From Planctomycetota bacterium (lineage in GTDB: Bacteria; Planctomycetota; MHYJ01; JACQXL01; JACQZI01): a stretch of 64,000 bases of DNA. This document shows, one piece after another, positions 46,852 to 57,406 of this stretch. The DNA lies in the NCBI GenBank assembly GCA_016207825.1, contig JACQZI010000017.1, positions 15,478-79,477 of the forward strand, written 5' to 3'. Made by a program: the position numbers and the translations under genes. Each line of letters begins with the position of its first letter. Position 1 is the first letter of the stretch. Under the pieces are notes generated by a model. It ran no database searches. It was not told where the DNA came from and saw only the letters and a program-made list of their open reading frames with translations.

Positions 46852-48552
46852 ATGGGAACGCCTATAATCTATTGTTCTAAATGTCGCGAAATGATACCTC
46901 CGGCTGATATAAGCGCCGGAAAAATCATTGAAATTGACGGCAGAAATTTCTGCTATAAATGTTCCCTGGCCTTAAGCCAGGGACAAGCTTCTCCCCCATC
47001 TAAACCGGCCGTAAGGCCTCCAGCGCCGAAACAAACCCCTGCGGCAAGACCAATCTCTGCGACACAACCGGCCAAACCATCGGGTATTCGTCCCGCCGGA
47101 GTAAAGCCAACTGTTACCAGACCATTAGGCTCACCCCCAGCACTCCATAAACCAGGCGTTTTCCCGTCTACCGTAAAAGGAACATCTCGCCAAAAACCGG
47201 TAAGCGGGTTAAGAAAGCCGCAACCTTCACGAGTTGCTTCATCTGAAGAAAATGACGATTTTGAAGTCGTTGATAAAAAGCCATCTTCCAAAAAGTATCT
47301 TGTCGGCGGTATAGTTGCGGTAGTCGTAATCGCCCTGGTAGCTATTATATTTGTTTTTTCAGGAAACGATGACAAAGACAAACAAGAGAAAACCAGCAAG
47401 AAAAACCCTAAAAAAACATCCCTAACCGATGCCACGAAAAGCCCAAGCTCAAAATCTCCTGATAAATCAACAACAACCACTCCTCCTGTTAGCAAAGAAG
47501 AAGCCCTGGCTAACGCGAAAAAAGCCTTCGAGGAAATTGAAGCTTACGAATCTAAAAACCCGCTCGAAAGCAAAGAAATCCTTAAACGCATAAAAAATTC
47601 GATTGGGCTTATGGCAAATACACCTTATGAAGAACCAATAAAGAAAAAACAAACAGAACACGATGAAAAAGAGTTTATTATACGTGAAGTCAGGGACTAT
47701 TACGACTCTTTCGAGGGGGCAAAAAATAAAGGGGAAACCATTGATTATGACTATTACATGAAGAATCTAACTGAGCTTAAAGAGAAAGCCGAAAAGACGA
47801 CCAACAATACCGAATTGCTCAAATTTACAGACGACCAAATCGCCAAGGTTCAGGAAGGACAAAAAGGCGAAGGACTGCAAAAACTAAGCGATTTAAAAAA
47901 GAATGTAGATGAGTTTTTAGGGAAAGAATCTTTCGAAATGGCAAAATCAGAATGCAATAATTTCCCTGAAGGCTATAAAAGCGACCCTGCTATTGCCCAA
48001 GAAATAGACAAGCTCGTAGAAAAAATAAACCAGGCTGAACAAGCTTATATCAAAAAGAAAAAAGAAGAAGGCGAAGTCCTATATGACGGTGGCCAACCCG
48101 ATACCTCCAAATGGATTCCATTTGGCCTGCCCCCGAAAATGGAAGTTCTCGATGACAACACTCTTTCTTTAGAAAATATAAGCGGGCAGGAAAGTTATAT
48201 TTTTATGGGCGAAACTTCTTGGGTTAATTATACCGTTGAAGTAGAATATAAAGTTGTCCAGGGAGCGCTTAATATGCTGATGCGTTTTGATTACGAACCC
48301 CTTAAACAACAGCCTCCTTCCAATCCTAAACCCCCCGTTGAATACCCCTTGAAACGAACACCCGGAGATGAAAGCTGGAAAAAAATAACCTTGGGAATAA
48401 ACGATAAAACGCTCACCGTTAAACAGGACGACAAACCGGAGGAAAAAAAGACGCTCAACCAAGACTCTGCCACAAACGGGGCATTTGGCTTTGCGTTACG
48501 AGCCGGTGATAAAATAATAATCAAGCGCATTAAGGTAAAAGGGATAGAATAA
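46852..48552 (+). CDS. hypothetical protein with N-terminal zinc ribbon, Pro-rich linker and TM segment
   Basis: CSKC...CYKC zinc ribbon. No family recognised. Confidence 0.4.
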   Translation: MGTPIIYCSKCREMIPPADISAGKIIEIDGRNFCYKCSLALSQGQASPPSKPAVRPPAPKQTPAARPISATQPAKPSGIRPAGVKPTVTRPLGSPPALHKPGVFPSTVKGTSRQKPVSGLRKPQPSRVASSEENDDFEVVDKKPSSKKYLVGGIVAVVVIALVAIIFVFSGNDDKDKQEKTSKKNPKKTSLTDATKSPSSKSPDKSTTTTPPVSKEEALANAKKAFEEIEAYESKNPLESKEILKRIKNSIGLMANTPYEEPIKKKQTEHDEKEFIIREVRDYYDSFEGAKNKGETIDYDYYMKNLTELKEKAEKTTNNTELLKFTDDQIAKVQEGQKGEGLQKLSDLKKNVDEFLGKESFEMAKSECNNFPEGYKSDPAIAQEIDKLVEKINQAEQAYIKKKKEEGEVLYDGGQPDTSKWIPFGLPPKMEVLDDNTLSLENISGQESYIFMGETSWVNYTVEVEYKVVQGALNMLMRFDYEPLKQQPPSNPKPPVEYPLKRTPGDESWKKITLGINDKTLTVKQDDKPEEKKTLNQDSATNGAFGFALRAGDKIIIKRIKVKGIE

Positions 48553-48578
48553 AAACCTCCTGCTTCGGATGTTGTATC

Positions 48579-50159
48579 ATGCCGTATATTATGCTTAGGC
48601 GTTTCGTTTTCATAACATTAACTGCCTGTTTTGCCGGATTGCTTTTCTCTTTCGCGGCAAAGGCGGATGGCAACAATCTTTCGTTTGAACATCTTGTATT
48701 AGAAACCACTAATAAAGAAATTGACGGATGGGATGTCACGCCTGATTTAGATAACGACGGGTTCAATGAATTTATCATCCAAACCGGACGGGAACTTACC
48801 GTATACCAAATGGATAAACAAACCAATGCCGGTATTAAAACGGTTTCAACGTTTCAGATACCAAAAGATGTTTTTATTTACTATTGCACTAAATTTCCAG
48901 GAGAAAAAACAGGTGGCTTAATAGGAATAACCCCTGAAAAAATCGTTGCATTCCCTTTTTCTAATGGCCGTTTTGATAAAACTTCCAAAATTATCGCTAC
49001 TATTTCAACCGCTCTTTTTAAAGGGGAAAGCCGGGTTCCCCTGATGAAAAAGTTCATTTACCCTTGTGACAACTCTCAAGAAAGTCCCTCTCTAATAATC
49101 ATCCCGGATACGGAAAAGATTATCGTTGTCAAATTAGATGGCGTTAATACTGCCGGTAATAACGTTTCTACGCTTCCTGTTTCACAGGAAATCACGATAT
49201 CATCAAAATCCCTTGTTAATATAGATAAAGATTTAACAAGCCCGGTCTCTTCCGTATTATATCTGCCTTTCTTTTATTTAAATGATGTAAACGGGGACCA
49301 AAAGAATGATTTAATCATTTATGCTGATAACTATATCTTCATAAACACCCAAGACGAAAACGGAAAGTTCAATCGAAATTCCTCTCACCCGCCGGAAGGA
49401 ATCGATATTTCTTTGCACAGACGCAGAAAAAATGATCAACAGCGTGAATATGAAATAATTCCCGTTATAAAAGACGTTAACAATGATGGACTATCCGATA
49501 TGCTAGCCTCCAACGGAAGCGAAGGAATAAGCGCAGTCTATTTGAACCGGGGGACTAACATCTTCTTTCAAAGCCAAAAGCCGGATTTCCTTAAACGAAT
49601 TGATGGCTGGCTTATTTCACATGATTTAACCGATGTAAACAATGACGGAATTCCCGACCTCGTTTTAATCCTGATGCGAAAAGTCGGAGTAACCAGCGGC
49701 CTTAAAATACTTTTGGCGCACAGTGTTAACTGGGAAATGGAGGTGTATCTCGGGCGAAACACTAAAGACCCCTCTCAAATCTATACGAATGTTCCTGATT
49801 ACAACCGGACTATAAATGTTCCTTTTACTCTTTCTCTAGACCCCGATGCGCTTAACTTACAAACACCGTTCCTGTTAAATTTCGATGATGATTTAAACAA
49901 AGATAAATTAAATGAGTTAATAATAAAAGAAAGTGATAGTAATATAGTATCCATCTATAACGGGAACAGCGGTGTTTTTGAAAGGGGATCAACTATCAAC
50001 CTGAATTTAAAAGCGCCAATAGCGTTCACCTCCCCGCGCATTCCTTACGGTAAACCTTTTATTAATGACCTGAATCACGATGGGGAATTAGACTTTATAA
50101 TTCATCAGCAGGATTTTAAAGGACAACACCACTTCTTTGAATTCTTTATAAACAAATAA
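48579..50159 (+). CDS. FG-GAP / integrin-alpha-like repeat protein (secreted)
   Basis: Signal peptide and repeated D.N.DG..D motifs (DLDNDGFNE, DVNGDQKNDLI, DVNNDGLSD, DVNNDGIPD, DLNHDGELD). Confidence 0.6.
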   Translation: MPYIMLRRFVFITLTACFAGLLFSFAAKADGNNLSFEHLVLETTNKEIDGWDVTPDLDNDGFNEFIIQTGRELTVYQMDKQTNAGIKTVSTFQIPKDVFIYYCTKFPGEKTGGLIGITPEKIVAFPFSNGRFDKTSKIIATISTALFKGESRVPLMKKFIYPCDNSQESPSLIIIPDTEKIIVVKLDGVNTAGNNVSTLPVSQEITISSKSLVNIDKDLTSPVSSVLYLPFFYLNDVNGDQKNDLIIYADNYIFINTQDENGKFNRNSSHPPEGIDISLHRRRKNDQQREYEIIPVIKDVNNDGLSDMLASNGSEGISAVYLNRGTNIFFQSQKPDFLKRIDGWLISHDLTDVNNDGIPDLVLILMRKVGVTSGLKILLAHSVNWEMEVYLGRNTKDPSQIYTNVPDYNRTINVPFTLSLDPDALNLQTPFLLNFDDDLNKDKLNELIIKESDSNIVSIYNGNSGVFERGSTINLNLKAPIAFTSPRIPYGKPFINDLNHDGELDFIIHQQDFKGQHHFFEFFINK

Positions 50160-50166
50160 AACCTTA

Positions 50167-51951
50167 CTACTTTCCGAAAACGGTTTCTATAACATACCCC
50201 GTATCATAACTGATTCTTACAGACAGAAATATAAGACGTCCATTAAGCGTGGCTTGAAAACTCTGAGCAATGGATCTAAAAACCCTATAAACAAAACTGC
50301 GTTGCGGCTTAAAATCAGAGACAAAACCATATGCCAATTCGTAAACAAGATGGGGATAGTGGCGCTGCGACCAGGCAGCCTCTTTGCCTTTAGCATAACT
50401 CATCTTAAGGATTTTAGTCATCGTTTCAGGCAAAGGATGATAAGCCCAGGTATGAGGAACAACAACCACCTTATAACCGGCCTTACGAACCCGGTAACGC
50501 AAGTCCGGGTCAGTTCCGCTTTTTAATTCATCGCTTTCCCACCCGATATCTTTGTATAGCTGGGTCGAAATCGCCAGGCACATATGGGAAACCATATCGC
50601 TTTCGGTAATCTTATCCACTATCGGGAAATATGTCCGCGGCAACTGCCTGGCGGCTATTTTTTGAAGATAACTGGAATTAGAAGGAATGAGTTGTGAAGC
50701 TCCGGTTAAACCTATTGGATTTTGTAATTTGGGATTTGGAGTTTGGCGACCGAAGGGAGCGATTAGATTTTCTATAACCTTATTATTACCAAGCGTCACA
50801 TCATCATCAATACAAACCAAATATTTCCCTTTTGCCTCCCGAACGCCTAAATTACGGGCATGCCCATTGGGCGAAACGCCTTTGATGATAATCACCTCAA
50901 TATCTCCGAAAATGGTTTGATTCTTGATGTCATCCAATAATTTTGGGACATTCCCTTTGCGGTAACCATCCAGCGACGGGATAATCACGGAAACCAGAGG
51001 CTTTTCTCTACTAACAATCACTTTCACTTGTTTGTCGCAATATTTAATTAAATCATCTTTAATCCTACTACAACCAAACCATTGTTTCAATCCAGAAACA
51101 ATTACTTCGTTCAAAAGGTTAATCACATATCCGATGCCATAAGAAATACGGACTGACAGGAAAACAAAATCACCCTTTATTATGGCTCTTAAATTATGCG
51201 TGATAAAACGCAATCCCCTATAGGCAAAACTTCTTTTATCCCTAAAAGAAGCGGCTGTTGCCGGAGGTGTCTCATAGATTAAATCCGGATAATACCAGAA
51301 ATCATGGGCCGCACCTTTCCCCCGCTGAAAAGACGTTCGTAAAAAAGCTATTAAGCTCAAAGGAGGCGGGTGATAAACCAAAGTATTAGGAACAATCACT
51401 ATTTTATAACCGGCTCGACGGACCCGATACCGTAAATCTGGGTCATCTCCATACATTAGATATTCATTTTCCTGCCCGACTTTTAAAAAAACATCTTTTC
51501 TTATCGCCATAGCCGCATGGGTAGCCATATCAGATTCTATTGGGGTCGAAATCTCCGGAAATTGTATGCGGGAAAATTCTTTTGCGCATTTCCTCTGAAA
51601 CCAATTAGCATCGGGTGGAATAAGCTGAGAAGTGCCTGTTATCCCAATAGATTTATCTTTAAAGATCGGATTAACAAGATTTTCTACTACCCTATTATTT
51701 CCCAAAACAATATCATCATCAAAGAACACTATTATTTCCCCTTTGGCCTTTTGGACGCCTGCATTATGGGCTCGTGAGCAAGGGGAAACTCCCTTAACAA
51801 GAATCAATTCGAAATCCTGGAATGTCTGCTTTCTGATATCCTCTATAAGCTTAGGGACATTCCCTCCCCGGTAGCCGTCAAAAGAAGGAATAACGACGGA
51901 AACTGACGGGTTTTCTTTGCTGATAATTACTTGGACAGTTTCTTTAAACAT
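50167..51951 (-). CDS. tandem two-domain family 2 glycosyltransferase
   Basis: Two GT2 modules (VSVVIPSFDG... and VSVIIPSLDG...), each with DDD/DxD motifs. Confidence 0.7.
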   Translation of the reverse strand: MFKETVQVIISKENPSVSVVIPSFDGYRGGNVPKLIEDIRKQTFQDFELILVKGVSPCSRAHNAGVQKAKGEIIVFFDDDIVLGNNRVVENLVNPIFKDKSIGITGTSQLIPPDANWFQRKCAKEFSRIQFPEISTPIESDMATHAAMAIRKDVFLKVGQENEYLMYGDDPDLRYRVRRAGYKIVIVPNTLVYHPPPLSLIAFLRTSFQRGKGAAHDFWYYPDLIYETPPATAASFRDKRSFAYRGLRFITHNLRAIIKGDFVFLSVRISYGIGYVINLLNEVIVSGLKQWFGCSRIKDDLIKYCDKQVKVIVSREKPLVSVIIPSLDGYRKGNVPKLLDDIKNQTIFGDIEVIIIKGVSPNGHARNLGVREAKGKYLVCIDDDVTLGNNKVIENLIAPFGRQTPNPKLQNPIGLTGASQLIPSNSSYLQKIAARQLPRTYFPIVDKITESDMVSHMCLAISTQLYKDIGWESDELKSGTDPDLRYRVRKAGYKVVVVPHTWAYHPLPETMTKILKMSYAKGKEAAWSQRHYPHLVYELAYGFVSDFKPQRSFVYRVFRSIAQSFQATLNGRLIFLSVRISYDTGYVIETVFGK

Positions 51952-52916
51952 TATTGCTTTTTAGCATGAATCACATAATGCAACCCCGCCCAACTAACCA
52001 ACGGGGCAAAGTGCGCTTCCATAAATGACGCTGTTTTTATAATCAACCGGACTAAAATATCCGGGAAAAACTGCAAATAGCTTTCATGGGGCATAATTAC
52101 GTTTTGCCGAAAGTTTTCTATGGAAAAACCGGCTTCTTTTAAATACCGTTTTAACTGCTTTTTGGTCGCCGGTTTGTCAAAGACCGCTTTTTCATTAGGG
52201 TTTGATTTTGGCGGAATAAACAATCTTTTTATCTTTTGGGGCAGCCAGAAAAAACCTTCCCAGAATCTGACCATAAAGCGGGACGGGGTGCTCATAAATA
52301 AGCGCCCGCCTTGCTTCAATACCCGATACATCTCTCTTATCGCCTTAGGCTTGTCAAATATATGCTCGATAACTTCAGAGGTAACGATTGCATTGAATAT
52401 TCCGTCTTTAAAAGGCAATGACTCCGCATCCCCTAAAATGCCGATTATGTTGGTTTTATTTTCTTCTTTAACGCGGTAATTAAGCCAATAAATATTGGGC
52501 AGGGCTGGGTCTATCCCTATCATATTTATATTAATATTACTATATTTATTCATGATATCAAAAAGGAAATAGCCGACCCCGCATCCGACATCAAGAATCA
52601 TATCATCATTTTGAGGCTTTAGCCAATCAATAATTTTACCTTTGACCCGTGAATACCGGTAATCGGCAACGTAACGCGGGTATCCGCCTGATTCCGCCCA
52701 ACCGTATTCATCTTTATAATACCCCATTTTCTCGTAGCCTTTTTCAAAGACGCTTAAATCCCATTCGCCTTTTTGGGTCACTCCGGTCCTCAGGTCAATA
52801 ATGCCATGGGAAATGGGATAAGAACGATGGCACAACAAACAAACCAGGGTTGGGCCTGATTTTAATTTCCCACGGCAGTTAGGGCAAACTAATATTTCTT
52901 CCGGATTCATAGCCAT
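51951..52916 (-). CDS. class I SAM-dependent methyltransferase with N-terminal zinc ribbon
   Basis: CPNC...C..C followed by a methyltransferase motif I (LDVGCGVG). Confidence 0.7.
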   Translation of the reverse strand: MAMNPEEILVCPNCRGKLKSGPTLVCLLCHRSYPISHGIIDLRTGVTQKGEWDLSVFEKGYEKMGYYKDEYGWAESGGYPRYVADYRYSRVKGKIIDWLKPQNDDMILDVGCGVGYFLFDIMNKYSNININMIGIDPALPNIYWLNYRVKEENKTNIIGILGDAESLPFKDGIFNAIVTSEVIEHIFDKPKAIREMYRVLKQGGRLFMSTPSRFMVRFWEGFFWLPQKIKRLFIPPKSNPNEKAVFDKPATKKQLKRYLKEAGFSIENFRQNVIMPHESYLQFFPDILVRLIIKTASFMEAHFAPLVSWAGLHYVIHAKKQ

Positions 52917-52920
52917 ATAT

Positions 52921-54024
52921 TTATTTCTTTATAAGTCCATCATACATTGCTTCCAATTCTTTAATCATCCTGGGATAGTTAAAAGATTCCTTTACCCGTT
53001 CATAGCCTTTTTGCCCCATTTTGTCCCTTAGTTCCTTGTTTTTAAGCAGTTTAATAATTGCTTGTGCTAAAGAACCGGAATCAGCCGGCGGCACTAAAAT
53101 TCCCGTAATACCGTTCGATACTACTTCAGGAATACCTCCAGCTTGAGTGGCAACGATAGCTTTTTTCATTGCCATGGCTTCCAAAAGAACTACCCCCAGC
53201 CCTTCGCTTAAAGAAGGTAATACGACTAAATCAAACAATGAAGTTAATTCAGAAATGTCGTTTCTCACGCCTAAAAACAAAATAGAATTAAACACGCCTG
53301 TTCCTTTAGCTTGTTTTTCCAATATATCTCTTAAATGACCTCTGCCAACAAATATGAATTTTACACTTGAGTACTCTTTTAAAACCAAAGGAATTGCTCT
53401 TATTAAATATCGATGCCCTTTAATGGAGGAAAGATTAGCTACCGTGCCAATCACAACTGAATCATCAGTAATTCCTAATGCCTGTTTCTTTTTTATCAAA
53501 GCTGCATTATTGACAACAAAATTATCTAAATCGATATTATTATATATTACATCTATTTTAGATGGGTTAATATTTGCTTTATCTGCAAAAGATGATTTTA
53601 CATATTTAGAAACAGCGATAGTTTTAGCGGTAAAACAGGAAATCATTTTTTCTGTAACTAACTCTGCTCTTGAACGTTTTTCAGTCGTATGATGCAATGT
53701 GGTAATTATTTCCGGGATACGCGCCAAAACAGCGGAAAGCCCGCCTATAACATTTGATGCCCAAAGATGAGTATGGACAATCTGAGTATGCTGTTTTCTC
53801 ATCAGCCAGGCCAATTTAAAGACTAGCCAAGGTTTCCATTTCCGCAGCCCTAAAACAACTACTTTTATTCCGGCATTTTCCACATCCGGAACTAATTCCC
53901 CTCCGCCAAACAGACAGCAAACCGTGATGTTATATTTAGTTTTATCCAGATGTTTAAGGGTATTAACAAAAATAGTTGGACCACCCATTCCTAAATCATC
54001 CACAACATACATTAAATTAATCAT
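52921..54024 (-). CDS. glycosyltransferase family 4 (group 1)
   Basis: GT-B fold with C-terminal EGLGVVLLEAMAM. Confidence 0.75.
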   Translation of the reverse strand: MINLMYVVDDLGMGGPTIFVNTLKHLDKTKYNITVCCLFGGGELVPDVENAGIKVVVLGLRKWKPWLVFKLAWLMRKQHTQIVHTHLWASNVIGGLSAVLARIPEIITTLHHTTEKRSRAELVTEKMISCFTAKTIAVSKYVKSSFADKANINPSKIDVIYNNIDLDNFVVNNAALIKKKQALGITDDSVVIGTVANLSSIKGHRYLIRAIPLVLKEYSSVKFIFVGRGHLRDILEKQAKGTGVFNSILFLGVRNDISELTSLFDLVVLPSLSEGLGVVLLEAMAMKKAIVATQAGGIPEVVSNGITGILVPPADSGSLAQAIIKLLKNKELRDKMGQKGYERVKESFNYPRMIKELEAMYDGLIKK

Positions 54025-54281
54025 TAGACATCTTACACAACAAGGCTTATAGTAATATTATCTCCTTTTCAGAAGGTTAGGTTCTATTGTAATCTTAATC
54101 GATTGCTCATTCTCAAATTTACTATCCCTGTAATTTGCTTGAATATCCGCTAATATTTCATTAACTCATTCCTGAATATCTCTTCAGGCAAATAATCTTT
54201 TCTATTTCTATCTAGACAGAGCCTTTACAATAAGGACAAATTAATCTCTTATTTAAATCTGATTTCATGATGTAATAATAT

Positions 54282-55091
54282 TTATACTCTATTAATTATC
54301 ATATTTTTCACATATTCCGTAAGCCCTTTATAAATAGTCCGGCGCCGTGAGCAGGGAGGAAACAACCGTCTATCAATATAGTGGCGAATCACGAATAATT
54401 TATCTACTAAGAATAATTCCAATGGATTATATAAAGAACGGTGTTTTTGCAATATCTGCCTAGCCGTTATCAAAACTTTTCCTCGCAACTTCGTCCTGGG
54501 TTTTTGTTTATGCACCCTAAAAAAAAGCAAGGGTTCGGGAAGTAATTTACCATAATACTTTTTTTCAGCAAAAGCAAGCCATAAATTCCATTCTTCAATA
54601 ACCGCGATAGATGGGTCACATCCGCCTGATTCAAGATAAGCCGATTTCTTTATCAAACCGCTTCCGTTAATAGATTGCCCTAATTTAAGATGCTTCAAAT
54701 TATATTCATCGTGTTTTACCAGCCCATTTATTGTGCCAAATAACGTCATATAAGTATATACAAACGTAACATTATGTTTCAACAAGACAGAAAGTGTTTT
54801 TTCTACATAAGATGGGTGGATTTTATCATCGGCATTTAAAATGACACAGTATTCACCTGTTGACGCCAAAACCCCATTATTAAAAGTCGTTCCTGCTCCC
54901 TTGTGAACCTGATTAATTAATCTCACCGGATATTTCTGCGCAACTTCTATGGTATTATCCGTTGACCCATCGCTTATCACAATAATCTCAATTGGCTTAT
55001 AAGTCTGATTAAGGGCGCTTTCAATCGCCTCACTTAAATAACACCCGTAATTATAGCACGGGATAATAATACTTACTAACGGGATATTCAT
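54282..55091 (-). CDS. glycosyltransferase family 2
   Basis: VSIIIPCYNYG...DGSTD...DADD motifs. Confidence 0.75.
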   Translation of the reverse strand: MNIPLVSIIIPCYNYGCYLSEAIESALNQTYKPIEIIVISDGSTDNTIEVAQKYPVRLINQVHKGAGTTFNNGVLASTGEYCVILNADDKIHPSYVEKTLSVLLKHNVTFVYTYMTLFGTINGLVKHDEYNLKHLKLGQSINGSGLIKKSAYLESGGCDPSIAVIEEWNLWLAFAEKKYYGKLLPEPLLFFRVHKQKPRTKLRGKVLITARQILQKHRSLYNPLELFLVDKLFVIRHYIDRRLFPPCSRRRTIYKGLTEYVKNMIINRV

Positions 55092-55099
55092 TCTTTTAT

Positions 55100-55810
55100 C
55101 TAATTTGATTTACCCATTAAATACAACTGCGCGCAATATTCCGGTATTTCTTTGCCTATTTCATAAAAGGCATCAAGCGTTTCTTTATCCCATCCCATCA
55201 TTTGTTGGTTAGACAATGGTTTCAAGAAAACGCCTTCGATTATTCCCGTCTTTAACCCTGCTTTTTTAATATCCGTTTGTAAGGCCATTAAGGAATAATA
55301 TCGGCGATGCCCGATAAGGTAATCCTGCTTCTGAAGTTGGTCTAATCTTTTTATTAATCCCATTGCCTTACCAATTCTCCTGTGCAATGAATGGGCATTC
55401 GGGACGATGAGATGAATCCGCCCATGGGGCGCAAGCCACCTTTTCACACGCTTGAGCAATTTAACAGGGTTAGCAACATGTTCCAGAATACTTGACATTA
55501 TGATATCATTAAACTTTTCTTTAGGCGTAAAATCTTCAAAGAGCGCGCAGATAAATTCCGCCTTTTTTGGGTTCACGAATTTCATGGTTTCTCTTATATA
55601 TAACGGCGAACCTTCTACAACAGTGAGACCGGGAAATCGTTTAACTAATTCCTCCGTCATTACACCGCTCCCGCAACTCATCTCCAAAACAGCCGGCCCG
55701 CCTATATGCTTAAGAATAGTTTTAGCCCCGTATTTAATAAGATGATAATCAAAACTTTTCCTGCTTTTATACCAGCGGGCGTTCGCCTTCAACTTTTTAT
55801 GTTCATTCAT
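55100..55810 (-). CDS. class I SAM-dependent methyltransferase
   Basis: EMSCGSG motif I. I moved the start to the Met at 55810 to avoid a 98-nt overlap with the upstream HAD gene. The longest ORF extends to 55900. Confidence 0.55.
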   Translation of the reverse strand: MNEHKKLKANARWYKSRKSFDYHLIKYGAKTILKHIGGPAVLEMSCGSGVMTEELVKRFPGLTVVEGSPLYIRETMKFVNPKKAEFICALFEDFTPKEKFNDIIMSSILEHVANPVKLLKRVKRWLAPHGRIHLIVPNAHSLHRRIGKAMGLIKRLDQLQKQDYLIGHRRYYSLMALQTDIKKAGLKTGIIEGVFLKPLSNQQMMGWDKETLDAFYEIGKEIPEYCAQLYLMGKSN

Positions 55811-56351
55811 AAATATAAGTGGTAACACCGGCATTTTTGCCAGCTTCTTTATCAGCATTAGTATTCCCGATAAATAAAATATCTTTATTAGATACCCCAT
55901 AAAAAGATATTATTTTCTTCAGCCCTTCGGAAGACGGTTTTGGGTTGGTTACATCTTCCTTGCTTATAATACAACTAAAGAATGAGGATAACCCAAGCCG
56001 TTTCAAACTATATTCAATCGCTCTTTTAGTATTGGAAGAAAATATCGCCATATTCGGCACATACCGTTTCTTGATAAATCCAATCATTTCCTGTTTTAGA
56101 TTGCCTGTTTTCACCCCGTTTATCTCTTCATCCGCAATCATATTAATCAGTTTAGAATAAGCATCTTGCCCGAATTTATTCTTTATTAATATCAGGCTTT
56201 CATCTAATCGGTTGAAATCGCAATCATAATTATATTCTTTCAGGGTGCGCCGATGAAGTCTTTCTTTAAGGCAAGCCCAGTCTACATCCAAATCAATAAT
56301 GGTTCCGTCAAGGTCAAATACGATAAGTTTTATATTTTCCGGGATTTCCAT
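55803..56351 (-). CDS. HAD-superfamily hydrolase
   Basis: N-terminal motif I, FDLDGTI. Confidence 0.7.
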   Translation of the reverse strand: MEIPENIKLIVFDLDGTIIDLDVDWACLKERLHRRTLKEYNYDCDFNRLDESLILIKNKFGQDAYSKLINMIADEEINGVKTGNLKQEMIGFIKKRYVPNMAIFSSNTKRAIEYSLKRLGLSSFFSCIISKEDVTNPKPSSEGLKKIISFYGVSNKDILFIGNTNADKEAGKNAGVTTYIYE

Positions 56352-57391
56352 CTCTCGCCTTTCACTAATATCGGGCCTTTATCCGGGAGACGAATCCAGT
56401 ATAGATTTTCCGGCAAGGCGTTATATTGCTTTAATTGGGGCAGTTTCTCTCCATAGGCAAGTTTAACATAATAATAAGGCATATTAACGCCTGCCAGGGA
56501 AAAGAAATTACTGGTGGTGAAAAACCTGCCGGCATTAACTTCTGTTACGCAGGGCATTCCCTTCTCGTTTTCCTTCATATCCACGCAAAAAACACCGGTC
56601 GCCTTCTTATCTATGCCCAGGATAGCCCTCGCCGCAATCCGGTTAACATCGCGCCGATGGACAGTCGCCGCTACGGATGGGCTGGAAGATTGCCCGCTGG
56701 GAAAGAGATTTCCCATATAATACTCTAATCTTGACCGTGCCTGGGAAGTAACCAGTTTTCCATCCTTCCATAAGCTCTGAAAGGCAAATTCCCGTCCCGG
56801 CAGGTATTCCGCCAGCATAAAATCCTTTGATTCCAGCCGTTTCGTAGCACGCCAGTAATGTATCCACTCCTTAGCTTGCCTGAAAGACCGGACGGGCAAA
56901 GCCGCCTTGGAACCGGCTCCCTTTATTGCCCTTAACCAAACCACTTCATTTCTCTTCTGCAGCTTTTTCATTATATCGGGAATATCTTCAATCCTGCCTA
57001 TTTGATAAGAAAGGGGAATCGGTATTTTATTACGGCTTAAAATTACATTGGTTGCTAATTTACTGCGGCAAACCCGAAGCGTCTCCTTTGCCGGTAAAAA
57101 CACCCGTGCGGAAACTTTCTCCCTGTTTTCGGAAATAATATCCAATTCTATATCCGGCTGGGTATGAACCATCTCTATCTTTTCTTTTTCAATCAGCCCG
57201 TTAAGTTTATCCATATAATCGGGTTCGTTATAGTAAGGCAGGATATAACCTTTATCAATCCGGGGCAGCTCCAGATGCCACCGGTTAATATCGCCCCCCA
57301 CGATATAAAACGATTCTTTAGACATTCTTAGAGACTCTATAAAATTAATTCCAGCCGACCCGCCTGCGCCGGTAACTAAAATACGTTTCAT
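56330..57391 (-). CDS. ATP-grasp domain protein
   Basis: VTGAGGSAG N-terminus and an ATP-grasp-like central region. Substrate unknown. Confidence 0.5.
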   Translation of the reverse strand: MKRILVTGAGGSAGINFIESLRMSKESFYIVGGDINRWHLELPRIDKGYILPYYNEPDYMDKLNGLIEKEKIEMVHTQPDIELDIISENREKVSARVFLPAKETLRVCRSKLATNVILSRNKIPIPLSYQIGRIEDIPDIMKKLQKRNEVVWLRAIKGAGSKAALPVRSFRQAKEWIHYWRATKRLESKDFMLAEYLPGREFAFQSLWKDGKLVTSQARSRLEYYMGNLFPSGQSSSPSVAATVHRRDVNRIAARAILGIDKKATGVFCVDMKENEKGMPCVTEVNAGRFFTTSNFFSLAGVNMPYYYVKLAYGEKLPQLKQYNALPENLYWIRLPDKGPILVKGERWKSRKI

Positions 57392-57406
57392 AAGCTTTTC
57401 TCCTGT